64,000 nucleotides of DNA from Eremomyces bilateralis CBS 781.70 (taxonomy: Eukaryota): assembly GCA_010015585.1 (NCBI GenBank), contig ML975149.1. One strand, 5' to 3'. A program made the position numbers and the translations under genes. Numbering within the stretch: position 1 is the stretch's first letter; each line of letters starts with the position of its first letter. A model generated the notes under the pieces. That model worked only from the letters and a program-made list of their open reading frames with translations. It had not been told where the DNA came from and did no database searches. Of the stretch, positions 21,103-32,321 are shown piece by piece.

Positions 21103-23851
21103 TCACAAAGTAAGTTCCATGGTCATAACTCTTCCAGATGCATATCCGAAAGCAACAATGCCCCCATAAACAGCACTACGGCTTGGCCGATACTCGGGAG
21201 GAAGCCAAAGGATCCTCTCTGTATGGCTACTTACCCAGTGGTCGTTGACAAAGATAGAAGATGGATGTCGTAGACGGGTCACACCTATACCATCAGAGAG
21301 AGGTGATAAAATAGGCAAGAATCCACGGTCCGTCTGGAGAGAGGTACCGTCGTCGGAGAAAGAGAGAGCGTAGACGATGTTTCCAATGTCGAGCGTCTGC
21401 TGCAGCGCGCCCGACCCGGCGTCCCACAGCTTGACCGTCNNNNNNNNNNNNNNNNNNNNNNNNNNNNNNNNNNNNNNNNNNNNNNNNNNNNNNNNNNNNN
21501 NNNNNNNNNNNNNNNNNNNNNNNNNNNNNNNNNNNNNNNNNNNNNNNNNNNNNNNNNNNNNNNNNNNNNNNNNNNNNCCGAATGGCCCTCGAGCGTCTGC
21601 TGCAGCGCGCCCGACCCGGCGTCCCACAGCTTGACCGTCGTGTCCGCCGATGCCGACGCCAGCGTCCTGCCGTCCGGCGCGAAGGCCACGGCGCAGACCC
21701 GGCCCGAATGGCCCTCGAGCGTCTGCTGCAGCGCGCCCGACCCGGCGTCCCACAGCTTGACCGTCGTGTCCGCCGATGCCGTCGCCAGCGTCTTGCCGTC
21801 CGGCGCGAAGGCCACGGCGCAGACCCAGCCCGAATGGCCCTCGAGCGTCTGTATTACCGCATTCCATTTCTCCTCGACCCTTGGCAAATTTCGTATCCAT
21901 CTAGGTATACAGTTTACGAACTGCTTTCTTATTATACTTATTGTCGGTGCGAATACGAGGGCACTACAGTACGTCTGAAGAGGAGCCTGCTCGATAGCTG
22001 GCCGATTATAGAGGACGAACCGCTTCGCATCGTGGATAAAGCTTAAAATGCCAGGGCAATTACCAAACTAGCCGAACTGTTAGCGAAAGCACTTGACGTG
22101 CTAGAAGTATACTAACGGAAGTAAATAGCTCTAAAGACGCGATAGCATGAGCTCCTTCCGACACCTTCCCCATCCATCCAAGAGCCTCGAGCCAGTGAAG
22201 AAGATGCTCCTGTAAGAATTGATGCACTTGACCATTGTCGCAAAGTCGAGCACCGCTTTTCTGGAGGTGCTGGATCCAGTACAGACATGCGTACTGGACT
22301 TCAGGAGGAAGACTTTGTTCAACTCGTCTTCTCTCGACATTGGCTACAAGCATGCCGGGGGCATCTACGCAACAGACATCTTGCTTAAGTGATGACGACA
22401 TAAGCTGGATACAGCTGTTGGTTAACACTTGGTGGGCTTCCTTCTCGTCTACCCAGAAATTCGGATCTCCGCATCTCTTTTTATCGAGAAGAAAGTCGCG
22501 AAACGAAGGGTGATGCAGGCGAAGTGGATATATGTCGACCTTGGGGACGTCTAGAATCGCATAAAGATCCCTGAGCACCTGATCGATCTTTTGCTTGGTG
22601 ATATTAAGCAGCCTGTGAAGCGAGCTGGCAGAGAGCGGAGAGAAGAGAACAATGATGCCTCCAAGAATGTGCCTTTGCATGCTATACGATGCTTCCTTCT
22701 CCTTTGCCGAGTAACCTGGCCGGATAGATTTCTTTAGGACGGTAGTATAGAGCTTATTAAGGTGTACTTCTGGATGCTCTTCTGGTGCAGGAATAGAGGC
22801 ACTGCCTTCTAGCAAAGTTTGCACTCTTTCGTCTACGAGATAACCTTCTTGAATGAACCGACAAGCGGTTGCAGCCCAAATGAACAATCCCCCTGCAATC
22901 TGGATCAGGGTTTTGATAATCTCTTCGCCTGGCCAGGAGTCATCCAGAGAGTGCTCCTGTCCAATAAGTTTAAGATTATACTCGAAGAAAACAGAGATGT
23001 CGTGATCTACGATTAAGGGTGATATGCTGTGAAGTACAAAATCCTGGAGATTCGCATTCGGTAGCTGACGGAATCCATATCGGATTGGAATCTCAGGTCG
23101 GCTTGTTAGTAAGACTCGTAGTCGAACCGTCTTTAACAATCGAGCTTCAGCCAAGAGGTGTATAATAATCCGGATGTTATTATCACCGTCGCACTCATCG
23201 AGCGCATCAACGATAAGTATGTACGAGGACTGGCTACCGTTTTCACCTAGCTTTAATAGTGGACCTAGGATAAGCTGCTGCCACTGGTCACGGAGGGACT
23301 GACTCGTAATGTCGCGGCGCTCTCTAATGGCATCGCAAATGTACTGTTGGAGAGAGGGTATGTTGTTCGCCAGCTGCCACGCAATGCTCGTGATGAACTT
23401 GCCTGCATGGTTGACATCCCCACCGCCGCGCGAGAAGAAGAAGCTGGCTCCGAGATGCTTCTCATCGAAGCACCTGCGGGCGACAGTGCGCGCAATTGTT
23501 GACTTGCCCGTGCCGGCCAAGCCGTTCAACCAGAAAATAGAGCGCCCATCTTGCCCGTCAGCCCAGTCGTATATCTCTTGGAGGAGGTCGACGCGGGTAT
23601 CGGGAAGGCAGGTTGGGTCGTGTTGTCGCTGGTATGTATTGAACGGCGCGTCCTTTGCGGTAGGGAGGGAGTTGAGCACATCGTTCAAGTCTAGATTGCC
23701 AGTCAGCTTCCTGCTGCTTTGAGGCCATAGCCAGGTAAGCAGCCTCACTTTCGCTGCTCCCAAAGGTCACAGATCCATGGATAGTGCCAGCGACAACCAG
23801 CGAATTCTTCTTGGCGGACACACCGCTAATGAGTTGAGTGTTGTCTGACAT
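21103..23851 (-). CDS. NWD2/HET-E-like NLR: N-terminal amyloid-like motif, NACHT, WD40 repeats (3 exons; WD array interrupted by an N gap)
   Basis: Exon 1 is 23851-23749; intron 23748-23691 (GTGAGG..GCTGAC..TAG). Motifs CLPDTRVDLL, P-loop GLAGTGKST, ASFFFSRG, Walker B ILIVDALDEC, GGLFIWAAT, HPSFRDFL, YACLYW and HLLHWLEAL. After a second intron: HDAKRF...APLQTYCSALVFAP, the QTLEGHS...VKLWD repeats, and the HET-E-type tail LWLPPEYRP. Confidence 0.92.
21385..21851 (-). repeat. Tandem 126-bp near-identical WD40-coding repeats containing a 138-N assembly gap (21440-21577)
   Basis: Units QTLEGHSGWVCAVAFAPDGKTLATASADTTVKLWDAGSGALQ and QTLEGHSGRVCAVAFAPDGRTLASASADTTVKLWDAGSGALQ, with partial units on both sides of the gap. 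Confidence 0.92.
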
Positions 23852-24779
23852 GAGCTTAGAGTAGCAACGCTAGGTTTTGCTAGGTGCCGGTTGTTGCTCT
23901 CTTCTGGCACATGTTGCCGTGTATATGGGCATGCGAACACCTGGGAGTGAGTTCAGGTCTGTACGCAGATGAGGTTCATCCTCAATCCTCAACTAGCGAA
24001 TGCATTCGTAAGGCTCGCCAATTAACACTCCTGCCTTGCCGCTGTCCACTGCTGGAGAGCAGCTGTCAGCTGCAAAGTAGGGCGGAACTAACGCCAAGAG
24101 CATTTGTCGACACTGTCGAAAGCGAGCATCTTAACTCCCTTCCTATTCCGGCAGCCAACGGGCGCTGTACGCCCTCTGAATTTGAAGCAATGTCTTATAC
24201 CACTCTGGTTGACTATATTTATAATATCAAACGCGAAAATAGAAATGGAAATATTATTCACCATCTTTCGTCAAAGTAGGAACTCTTAATTGTGGAGTTC
24301 CTAGACTGGCCACGGCCGGTAACCCTGCTGCCCTGTCATCCTCTATAATTATCCCTATTACTCTCTAAGCCGGCTTGGTTTTGGCACGCGATACTTATAG
24401 ACACGTTCTTCCGGTCTTCGAATGCCTCGAGGTCGCCGCGGCCGCCCCTTCTGTCCCTTCTACTGCGGCAGAGGCTAGTCGCAGCTGGGAGCGGAGTCGT
24501 GTCGGTCATGCGCGAGCGAGAAGGGGAGAGCGATTGGGTGACAGGGGCCCGTTAGGAAAAGGCGCAAGGAAAGGCGAGGAGGGCGAAGGAGGTGAAGGGT
24601 GGGGACGTGGACGGAGAGGGGGTTTTGCAATTCTTTCGAAATGTTGTAGATGGGGAGAGTTTAGAGACAATAACGAAGATAGAGAAGTCCAAGTAAGGGA
24701 AGAGACACCCAAAACCAGAATCGGCAAGGGACCACCATGTCGAATATTTTAAAAAGTCATAGCTTGCATCGTCTATCAT

Positions 24780-26400
24780 TCCTTACACTTAGTTAATAAT
24801 ACCAATCCAAGGCTTTTCCGAATCTCAATTCCAATATGTACTTCCCCGACACAATGCGGTAGTGCAAGGCAGCTATAGACCCCCTCCTGCTTCGCCTCGA
24901 CGGACTCCAGTAGTCGGAAGCGATTCATCAACGTGACGAGAGCGCGATGCTTCACCGGCCCCTGGCGCTGGACTTCCTTAAGTAATCATGGCCCATTTCC
25001 CGTCACACTCCTGCTCGAGACGTTGCAGCAAAGCATCCTCCTCTGGAGTAAAGGCAACGCGAACCCTCCTCGGTTTCGGGTTTGGCCTTTTATGCTTTAG
25101 CATGAAGTCCGAGTCAAAGTCATCACCGCTACTGTCTTCGAGTGCAGAGACAGTTCTAGATAATTGACGTTACCTCTGTACTGATGAAGTGGCCGGCACC
25201 GCAGCCACCGCTTCCACGCGGTCAAGGACATCCGAACTATTTCCACGAGGGCCTGCTGGTTCCTCAATGTCTCGGATTGCGTCGGACCGTTGCTACGGAT
25301 CGCTTCTAGTAACTCCGGCAGGCTCTAAGCCAGGGATCGGTCTTGCGAAGCAGGTGCATGGGGGGGACTACGGCCGTTCTTCGGTGAGGGGGAGTTCGGT
25401 AGGCGAGTAATCCTAGGCTCTAGCTCTAGCGAGGGCGAAGCGGGTAGCGAAGGGGACGGAAGACGGTTAACGGAGGGCAAGGGAGGCAGCGTCGCTTCCT
25501 GTTCGACGCATAGGTTTAGCTGAATAGAAGAAAAAATGGCGACTCTATCCCCTTACCTAGGTAATCAGGGGAGAGGCCGGCGTAGACTGCGCCGGAAGAC
25601 GCCCAGGGGAAGGCATCTCGAGACCGGAATGCTGCACGAGAATATGATCTTTAGTGGCGAGGCGGAGTTCCTTGCGGATGAAGTCCTCGACTGCGCGTAG
25701 ATCTGGGCAGGAGATGCGGAGGAAGGTTGCACCGTCGAGGAGCTCCGAGACGTAGACCGTCACGTCCTCTTCCTTGTTTAGAAAGCGAGTGTTGAGGAGC
25801 TGCTGGACCGGGGGGAGGTAGGAAGTCAGGTTGTGAAGGTAGAAGAGAGAGGAAGATATACCATGGATCGAACAGGCATTCTCGCCTCTATTATAAATAT
25901 TCACCGTCGTCAGCGATCCCCTCTATGATTATAATAGCCAGCCTTTGTGCCCGCTTTGCCGGTCTCTTAACAGATGGAAATATAGCTCGGCGCCAGCCCC
26001 TACGTCCTCGCCCCTTCGTCGGCGGATTATGGTTGATCAGAGGGAATCGAGTGGCCGCCGTTTCCTCTAAATTATGGCCGCTTCTTAATGGCTTTACCAA
26101 TACAAAGGAGCACCCTATATCCTGCGTTTATGTGTTCATATAAGAAGCGCCGCCGTCGGTCGATGTCCTCTGTGATTGTGGATAGCCAGTCGTTGTACCC
26201 GCTGTCCCGGTCTCTTGACGATGGATGTGTGTGTGACTCGGCTCCAACCCCTTATCCTCGCCTCATAGTCGACGGGCCATGGCTATTTAAGTAGAGAAGG
26301 GAACGAGTGGCCGTCGTTCCTGGAGCCGCGACCGCTTCGATAGCTTGAATCGACACGACGAGGAGCAGGATTCGAGAGCGGGAAGCGTATCTTGGTTCAT
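24780..26400 (-). pseudogene. Degenerate gene with a C-terminal Myb/SANT-like repeat
   Basis: The minus strand at ~25075-24900 reads RRVRVAFTPEEDALLQRLEQECDGKWAMIT, then after a frameshift KEVQRQGPVKHRALVTLMNRFRLL. Upstream are an acidic and Pro-rich segment, a GTAAGG..GCTAAA..CAG intron and several stops. Boundaries approximate. Confidence 0.5.
25902..26322. repeat. Imperfect ~170-bp direct duplication (25902-26067 and 26150-26322)
   Basis: CCTCTATGATTATAATAGCCAGCC..CCGGTCTCTTAAC..CGAGTGGCCGCCG versus CCTCTGTGATTGTGGATAGCCAGTC..CCGGTCTCTTGAC..CGAGTGGCCGTCG. Confidence 0.75.
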
Positions 26401-26875
26401 TCATACGCTATGCAGAATGCATCGCCCTGAGGAAAGCATGGCGGAGCGAAACCTGTTTGGTTTTTTGGTTCGGACGAGAGGAGATTGGAAGAACCCGAAT
26501 TCATGGTGTGGTGGACGGGCGGGAGTTTTTGATGGATAATGGTTATCGTGAAAGATTTCGGGGATGGATTACGAACAGATGGCGCTATACCTAGTCGGAC
26601 AGCGCTAAACTAAAACAGGGAACTAACCAAAACCTCACTTGCAGTAACTATCAAGAAAAGTTAAAATTTATTAACGATACTAATGGCTGCACAAAGAAAT
26701 TCTAGCATATAGATTTCGTTATTCCACACTTTATGTGGCTTTGAAAGCCAGGGAATTGTCACATTGGTAAAGCAGTGATATCAATCTACATCCATCATCC
26801 GATCATATCCCGGACATCACCCAGCATATTCGAGGTTCTTCACAGGTAAAGCGCACGCATTGACTCCCAGGCTGT

Positions 26876-29805
26876 TCAATAGTGCGTCTGGGAGCCAAAT
26901 TGGAAATCAGGAACCATCAAATCACCCATCGACTCGAAGGTCATACTCGGAGGGAACACCTGGTCGAAGGCCGACTAGAACACAATATCAGCATCTCAGG
27001 TCCGCAATCGTACTCGATGTCAAGCGAACTCACCCAATCAATGTCGAAACCTCCCTGACCCGCATTCTCCGGCGCAACAGGTAGTCTGTTAGGCTGCGGT
27101 TCCGGTTCCTCATCCGCTATTGCCATCCCATCTTCCGCAGCAGCACTCGGTCCGAACAGCCCATCTTCAGGACTCGAACTGCCTTGCATTATTATCGCGG
27201 GCACATATACCGCTTCGCCATTCGCAATGCCACCAAATGACATGTCTCCAAGCGCACCGAAATTGGCGGGCGGCAGATTTGCAGGAGGCGGTATAATGTC
27301 TGGTGGATTGGACTCCGACATATCGCTTCCCCAAGGTCCGGCATTAAACCCCCTCGGGAACTTTTCCAAAGGCCCCCTTCCGACGGGAGCATGCTGCGGA
27401 CCAGCTATTTGCTGCATGTTCATCGGACTTGCTTGCTGATTCATAGCAGCCCCCGATTGAAGGTATGATATATGTGCATCAAAATTCCTTTTATGAGCTG
27501 CCGAGTTTGGGGGCAAGGTTTCCGGTGACGCCTCTTCCGAGAAATTTGGAGCGCCGGGCTTTCGTGGCGCTACATGCTGAAGCATGGTCGTAGGTGTGCG
27601 GACCTTTCGCAAAGTTTGGAATATATCAGCGCGACGGGAGAGCTCGAGGAGGATCTGCTTCGATTTCTCGAGCGGCGACACGCTGGGGGAGAGCTCGAAA
27701 ACGTAGTCGAGAGATTTCCAAATGCGGCGTTCATGATAATAAGGCTCGGCAGTATATAGCTCGGAATACAGAAGCAGCGCAACGTGGTACTGTTGAAAGG
27801 TTCCTAGGGATCGTGCTCAGCAGTTGAAGAATACTTCCTTTGAAGAGCTGAAGAAACTTACCGCCATACCATGCCCAGGTTTTCAATAATGGTGTGGTAT
27901 CGATCTGAATGGCAGCTTCTAGTTGCCCAAGCCCTGAATTGATCAACAACTGCCGTAACCGATCTGGCATCGTGAACAGCTGATTTCCAGAGTAACGATG
28001 TAAGACGTTAATATACATCCTCAATGTGAGGATTTTATACGCAAGGTACGCGAAGTACTGAAGCGGTTTCGTCCGGTCAAACAAATGCATGTACTTCTTC
28101 TCCGACTTCGTGAGGAAATTTTGGATCTTTCGAACCACCGTCGTGAGGTTCGTTCGCTTCTGTTCCAATTTAGTCTGCTCGACCCAAATCCGGCGATGCA
28201 TCTGATTGCACTCCATGCGCATGAGAGTCAGCGTCATATCCGTCCAGCGATCTTCATCTTGCGTCGGCGGATTGCGCGACTCCAAGTCCACGTCATCCAC
28301 ATTCAGTGGGAGTCTTGTGTCATAATCTTCCCGTCGTATTTGAGGGCGCGGTCCCACAGCATCAGCAGTTCGGATGTCCAAGAAACAGATTTGGTGCCAG
28401 ATGAGACGTCGCACATGTAATTGAACAGGTACCAGGCCGTAGAGGGAGCCATCTCGATGCAACCCCATCCCCTCTGCGATCCGAATTGCAGTTCCCGTGA
28501 GCGCCGAATGTGCTCTTGAGATCTCACTTCTGCACATCGGAATGAGATACATTACAAAGGCCTGTAGGGTTTCCAGTTTGGTAGTGCGTAAGAAATGCGC
28601 CCTGGACAGCATCGTTTCTGTGCCTTCTCGGAAGTTGTCCACCAGCTGCGATTTCACGACCCCGTACTCGGATAGAACAGTCTCGCTGTCCATGCTAAGG
28701 ATCGCGGAGAATAAGGTAGCTAGAACCAGGGCAGCAAACGACGCGGGCCCTTCTATGCCACCCTGGAGATGCTCCCAGAAGGTTTTGTACTGTCTTTCGA
28801 ACGAAGGGCGATGTACAATGCGAGCCACGGGGTGGACAGCTTTCCAATACTGCTGCATCAGTTGATCGGCGGCATCCTTCGACGGCATATATTGCATCAC
28901 CGCCGTAATTAATGGCTCGGGTGCGAAGAAGAAACTGGCTGCTGGAGCAACAAAATCAGGGCCTGGCCCGCAAGACATTTGCGACGAGAGGAATCCTGGC
29001 GGAGTGGAGGATGTCTCCGGCTCGCCATGTTCTGCCATGACCTCCTTAATAACGTATTTGAGCTATAGTGCATTAGCACGACCGCAATAATAACCATCAT
29101 AAGTTGCAAAGTAAATACCTCATCTGCCAATTTTGGCCTGGCCAGCCCACCGATTCTTTCGGTGATCCTCATCTTCCCAAGCTGGATTCCCAAATCCATT
29201 AGATCATCGTCCGCATCTTCGTAGTACGCGACATCATTCGTAATGTACGGATGCGCCTCTAAGTCCCGTTCGTCCTCCGGCACGTCCTCCTCATCAAACT
29301 CATCCTCCTCTTCGTCCCCCACCCCAGGACCGACATCACCGCTCCTATTCCGCTCTACCGACGTCCGCTGCCTAGCTCTTGTCACGTCCTCTTCCAGCGT
29401 CCGCTCCAAACTCCCCATCTTCTCCTTGATCTTCGCCAGCTTCTGCTGCGCGGCAGGGTCTGGCGTCGACGCCATGAACAGGCATTGGCGCTTAGCCCTC
29501 GTGCAGTTGCCGCATGGGCTGGATTTATCGCACTTCAGCTTGCGGCGCCGGCATTCCAGGCAGCTGGTAATAAGGCGGTTGCGGCGACGAATACGGGGAG
29601 GAATGTGCGACAGCGCTGGAGAGGGTGCTGCAGGCGGGGATATTGATGAATTGGGTTGGCTGCTTGCGGCTCTCTGTGGTAGTTGCCATGCTTGCTGGCT
29701 ACTCCCTGCTGGCTCTCTGCTCGTCAATCCTGGGATAGGAGGCGAACGAGGCTGCTTGGAGTCCTCATTCGTATAGCCAAGGTTTCCGGTGAACTCATCC
29801 ATCAT
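26876..29805 (-). CDS. Zn(II)2Cys6 transcription factor with fungal-specific TF (middle homology) domain, multi-exon
   Basis: CLECRRRKLKCDKSSPCGNCTRAKRQC, then HPVARIVHRPSFE, AIRIAEGMGLHRDG, RRLIWHQICFLD and DTRLPLNVDD. The last exon follows GGFDIDW and ends at TGA 26876. Confidence 0.92.
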
Positions 29806-30649
29806 TGATGTGGACCAAAAGAGGTAATGATAGAGTGCTCCAATTGGGGGGCAATTGCCTTACGTCCGTACGGAAGAAACACGAGATACGGGCGCAAGAC
29901 TTTGAAGGTGAAAAGGAAACCAATACCTCTTAAAGCCGCATATATCATGCGCCATTATACATGTGATTGCTAGATTAATTCAGTAGGTGACGCGTCGATC
30001 ACTCGTGGTAACCTCGCTTGGCATCCGAGCCTGGCGATGCAAGGCAGCAACCAAGAGATGCTTGACTGAACTACCAATGGATTAACTTAACTAACTAAGT
30101 TAGTTAACTTATTAATGAGTTAGTTACATTGTGTGGTAACTAAGTTAGTAATGTTGGTAAGATACCCCCCAGTTTAGTGAGGCGCCCAGCTCCTTAGTCT
30201 TGTCTCGTCGCAGTTCTTTGAAGCTGATTTGACCATAATAGTAATTACGATGACAGGATTGTAACGGTTCGCAACGTGATGGTTATGGTGAGGCACACAA
30301 CAAGCTGGGGTAAATGCGGAGGCCTAATTATCTTTCGTATCATTTGGCCTCCTCCCCGGCAGGGACACCACGTATATTAGGCATGGCTGACGAGTAATAC
30401 TCTATGTTTGAAAATCTGACTCCGAGGAAAAGTACCTAATAATGGGGATTATGGCTGGGATCCCTTACTCTATGGACTTGAAACGGAGGATGATATGGAG
30501 TTACTCAAAGCATCCATTCCGAGACCTATATGATATAATAAAGTAGCGGCTTGGAGTGTCCGGAATACCTTATTATACAAACATATTTCATGGACAATCA
30601 AAGTGTGTGCCAAACGATGTTTTTACATTTCCAATGGCTCGGGTCAAAT

Positions 30650-31921
30650 CTATATGTACTTCTTTTCCGGATCCACCTTGTCCATAAGTTCCATGGATTT
30701 CTCATACCTGCAAATATTAGTCGAGTCTGAGGCGGCGCTGCATGAAGAACTTACATCGTGAAGACAATGCCGCCGCTCAATATCAACCTTGCCAACCGTG
30801 GGACTGCCCCGGACCAGAACGTCAACATCCCCTCCTCCCTAAATATCCTCGCGGCGCAAACGAAGCTGTTCTTATATTCTTTTCGTGCCTCAATTGATTG
30901 CATTCTGAAGGGTTGTTAGCATCAGCGTTCTCCTGCTTTCAATTTTTAGGACTCACCGGGTCTTGATAGTATCCAACGGCATCGTCACATAAACCGTGAT
31001 CACACCGGCCACCGCACCGATCCCGAAGGTGCTAACTGTCCCTAACTTCTCGCCAGGAGCAACGTAACCTTGCGCGATCTGGCGGAGGGTCGTATAGCTT
31101 CCAAACCTGGTCGCAGAATTCGCTGCCTGTCGAGCGGTGGTCGGTACGAAACCTTGGAAGAATCCACGAATTCCCTTTTCCCTTGCGATGACGCCGGTTC
31201 CGTGTAAGAAGCCTCTCATTCGGGGTTTCCCCGATTTGCGATCATCGATGCTGTGGCGCTTGGGTAAGCCAGTTCGTTCCAGAAGCAGTAGCGGAGGGGT
31301 GTTCTACGCACAGTTGCGTTTTTATACTCTCGAAGGGGGTGACAGCTAACATTGACTCTGTCACACCGGCACCAAAACCGGCTGCAACATTGCCTATTCT
31401 TGAGGTCTTGCCATTCTGGTCGGCCAGAAGCTCCTTGTAGTAGTCGAATGCAACAAATCCTAGGGATAAGGTGATTAGAAGGCGACGCTCTCTCCGTAGA
31501 ATTGCTGGTATAACATACGGACGCCCGCCTTTATGGAGTTCCCTATGATCAGGGTCGTGCAGCCGGCGTACCATTGGGCTCCAAACGGCGGCCACGGTAG
31601 TTTCTTGCCATCGGCTAGTTGTCGGTTGAGTTGTGTTCGTGTCTTCGCGACTGTATTCTGCGTGAGCGGGTGCGGGACATCTTAATGGGTGCTGCGTTTA
31701 CATTCGGCGGGATAGGTGATGGCTGCTACATATTAGTCTTTGGTGGTAGAAGCAGAGGACATGGGATAGGATGCACCAATTTCAACTGCTCCAGCGGTAG
31801 AACCAGCAATGATTGACCGTAGCACACTCGGCTATACATTATTGTCAGAAGGACTGCCCATAGCGATTGAATCAAGCGTTTCCCCGACCTTCTTCTTCTC
31901 AGCCGCCGGTATCGCTGCCAT
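30650..31921 (-). CDS. CTP1: Mitochondrial citrate/tricarboxylate carrier
   Basis: SIIAGSTAGAVEI / ITYPAE, AGFGAGVTESMLAVTPFESIKT, GFVPTTARQAANSATRFGSY, VYVTMPLDTIKTR and FWSGAVPRLARL. Three carrier PxE/DxxK motifs. Confidence 0.9.
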
Positions 31922-32321
31922 GATGATTCCCACCGCACCGAAGGATTACACAGAAAGGTTATTGAGGATCGACCGTCATTCAGCCAGCGTCATCTAAAAG
32001 GTTTAAACACAACCAGGTACCACTTCATAGAATCAATTGAAAAATGTGTAAGTAAATAGTAACCGAATAACATTCTCGGCTCCAAGTCCCAAACGCGCAT
32101 CGGCGCATTCGCGTTGCTCGGGACTGGCGTCGGTCTGGCGTCAGACCCCTGCACGTGAACTAAATTTTGATATGAGGTCAATGCACAGAAATGCTTCAAC
32201 GAAATGTCTGGCCTGACCGTCGATATCTGAAGCTTTTCCAACGTTGTTCAATACCAACTTCTGCTCGCGATATTCATTTCCCTTCCCAAACCGCTCCTTA
32301 CCTTCCCCGCCATATTCCACC

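Noticed and set aside
21385..21851. CRISPR-like array
   Set aside because: The repeats are contiguous 126-bp in-frame WD40 units with no spacers, in a eukaryotic gene.
11995..23851. Canonical het-S/nwd2 cluster
   Set aside because: The HeLo protein ends in a pseudokinase with no visible prion-forming repeats, and two core genes plus the kinase-ANK gene lie between it and the NLR.
26600..26730. Starship boundary (GTAA/TTAC near 26644)
   Set aside because: A 4-mer match with no partner boundary or captain gene is not evidence.
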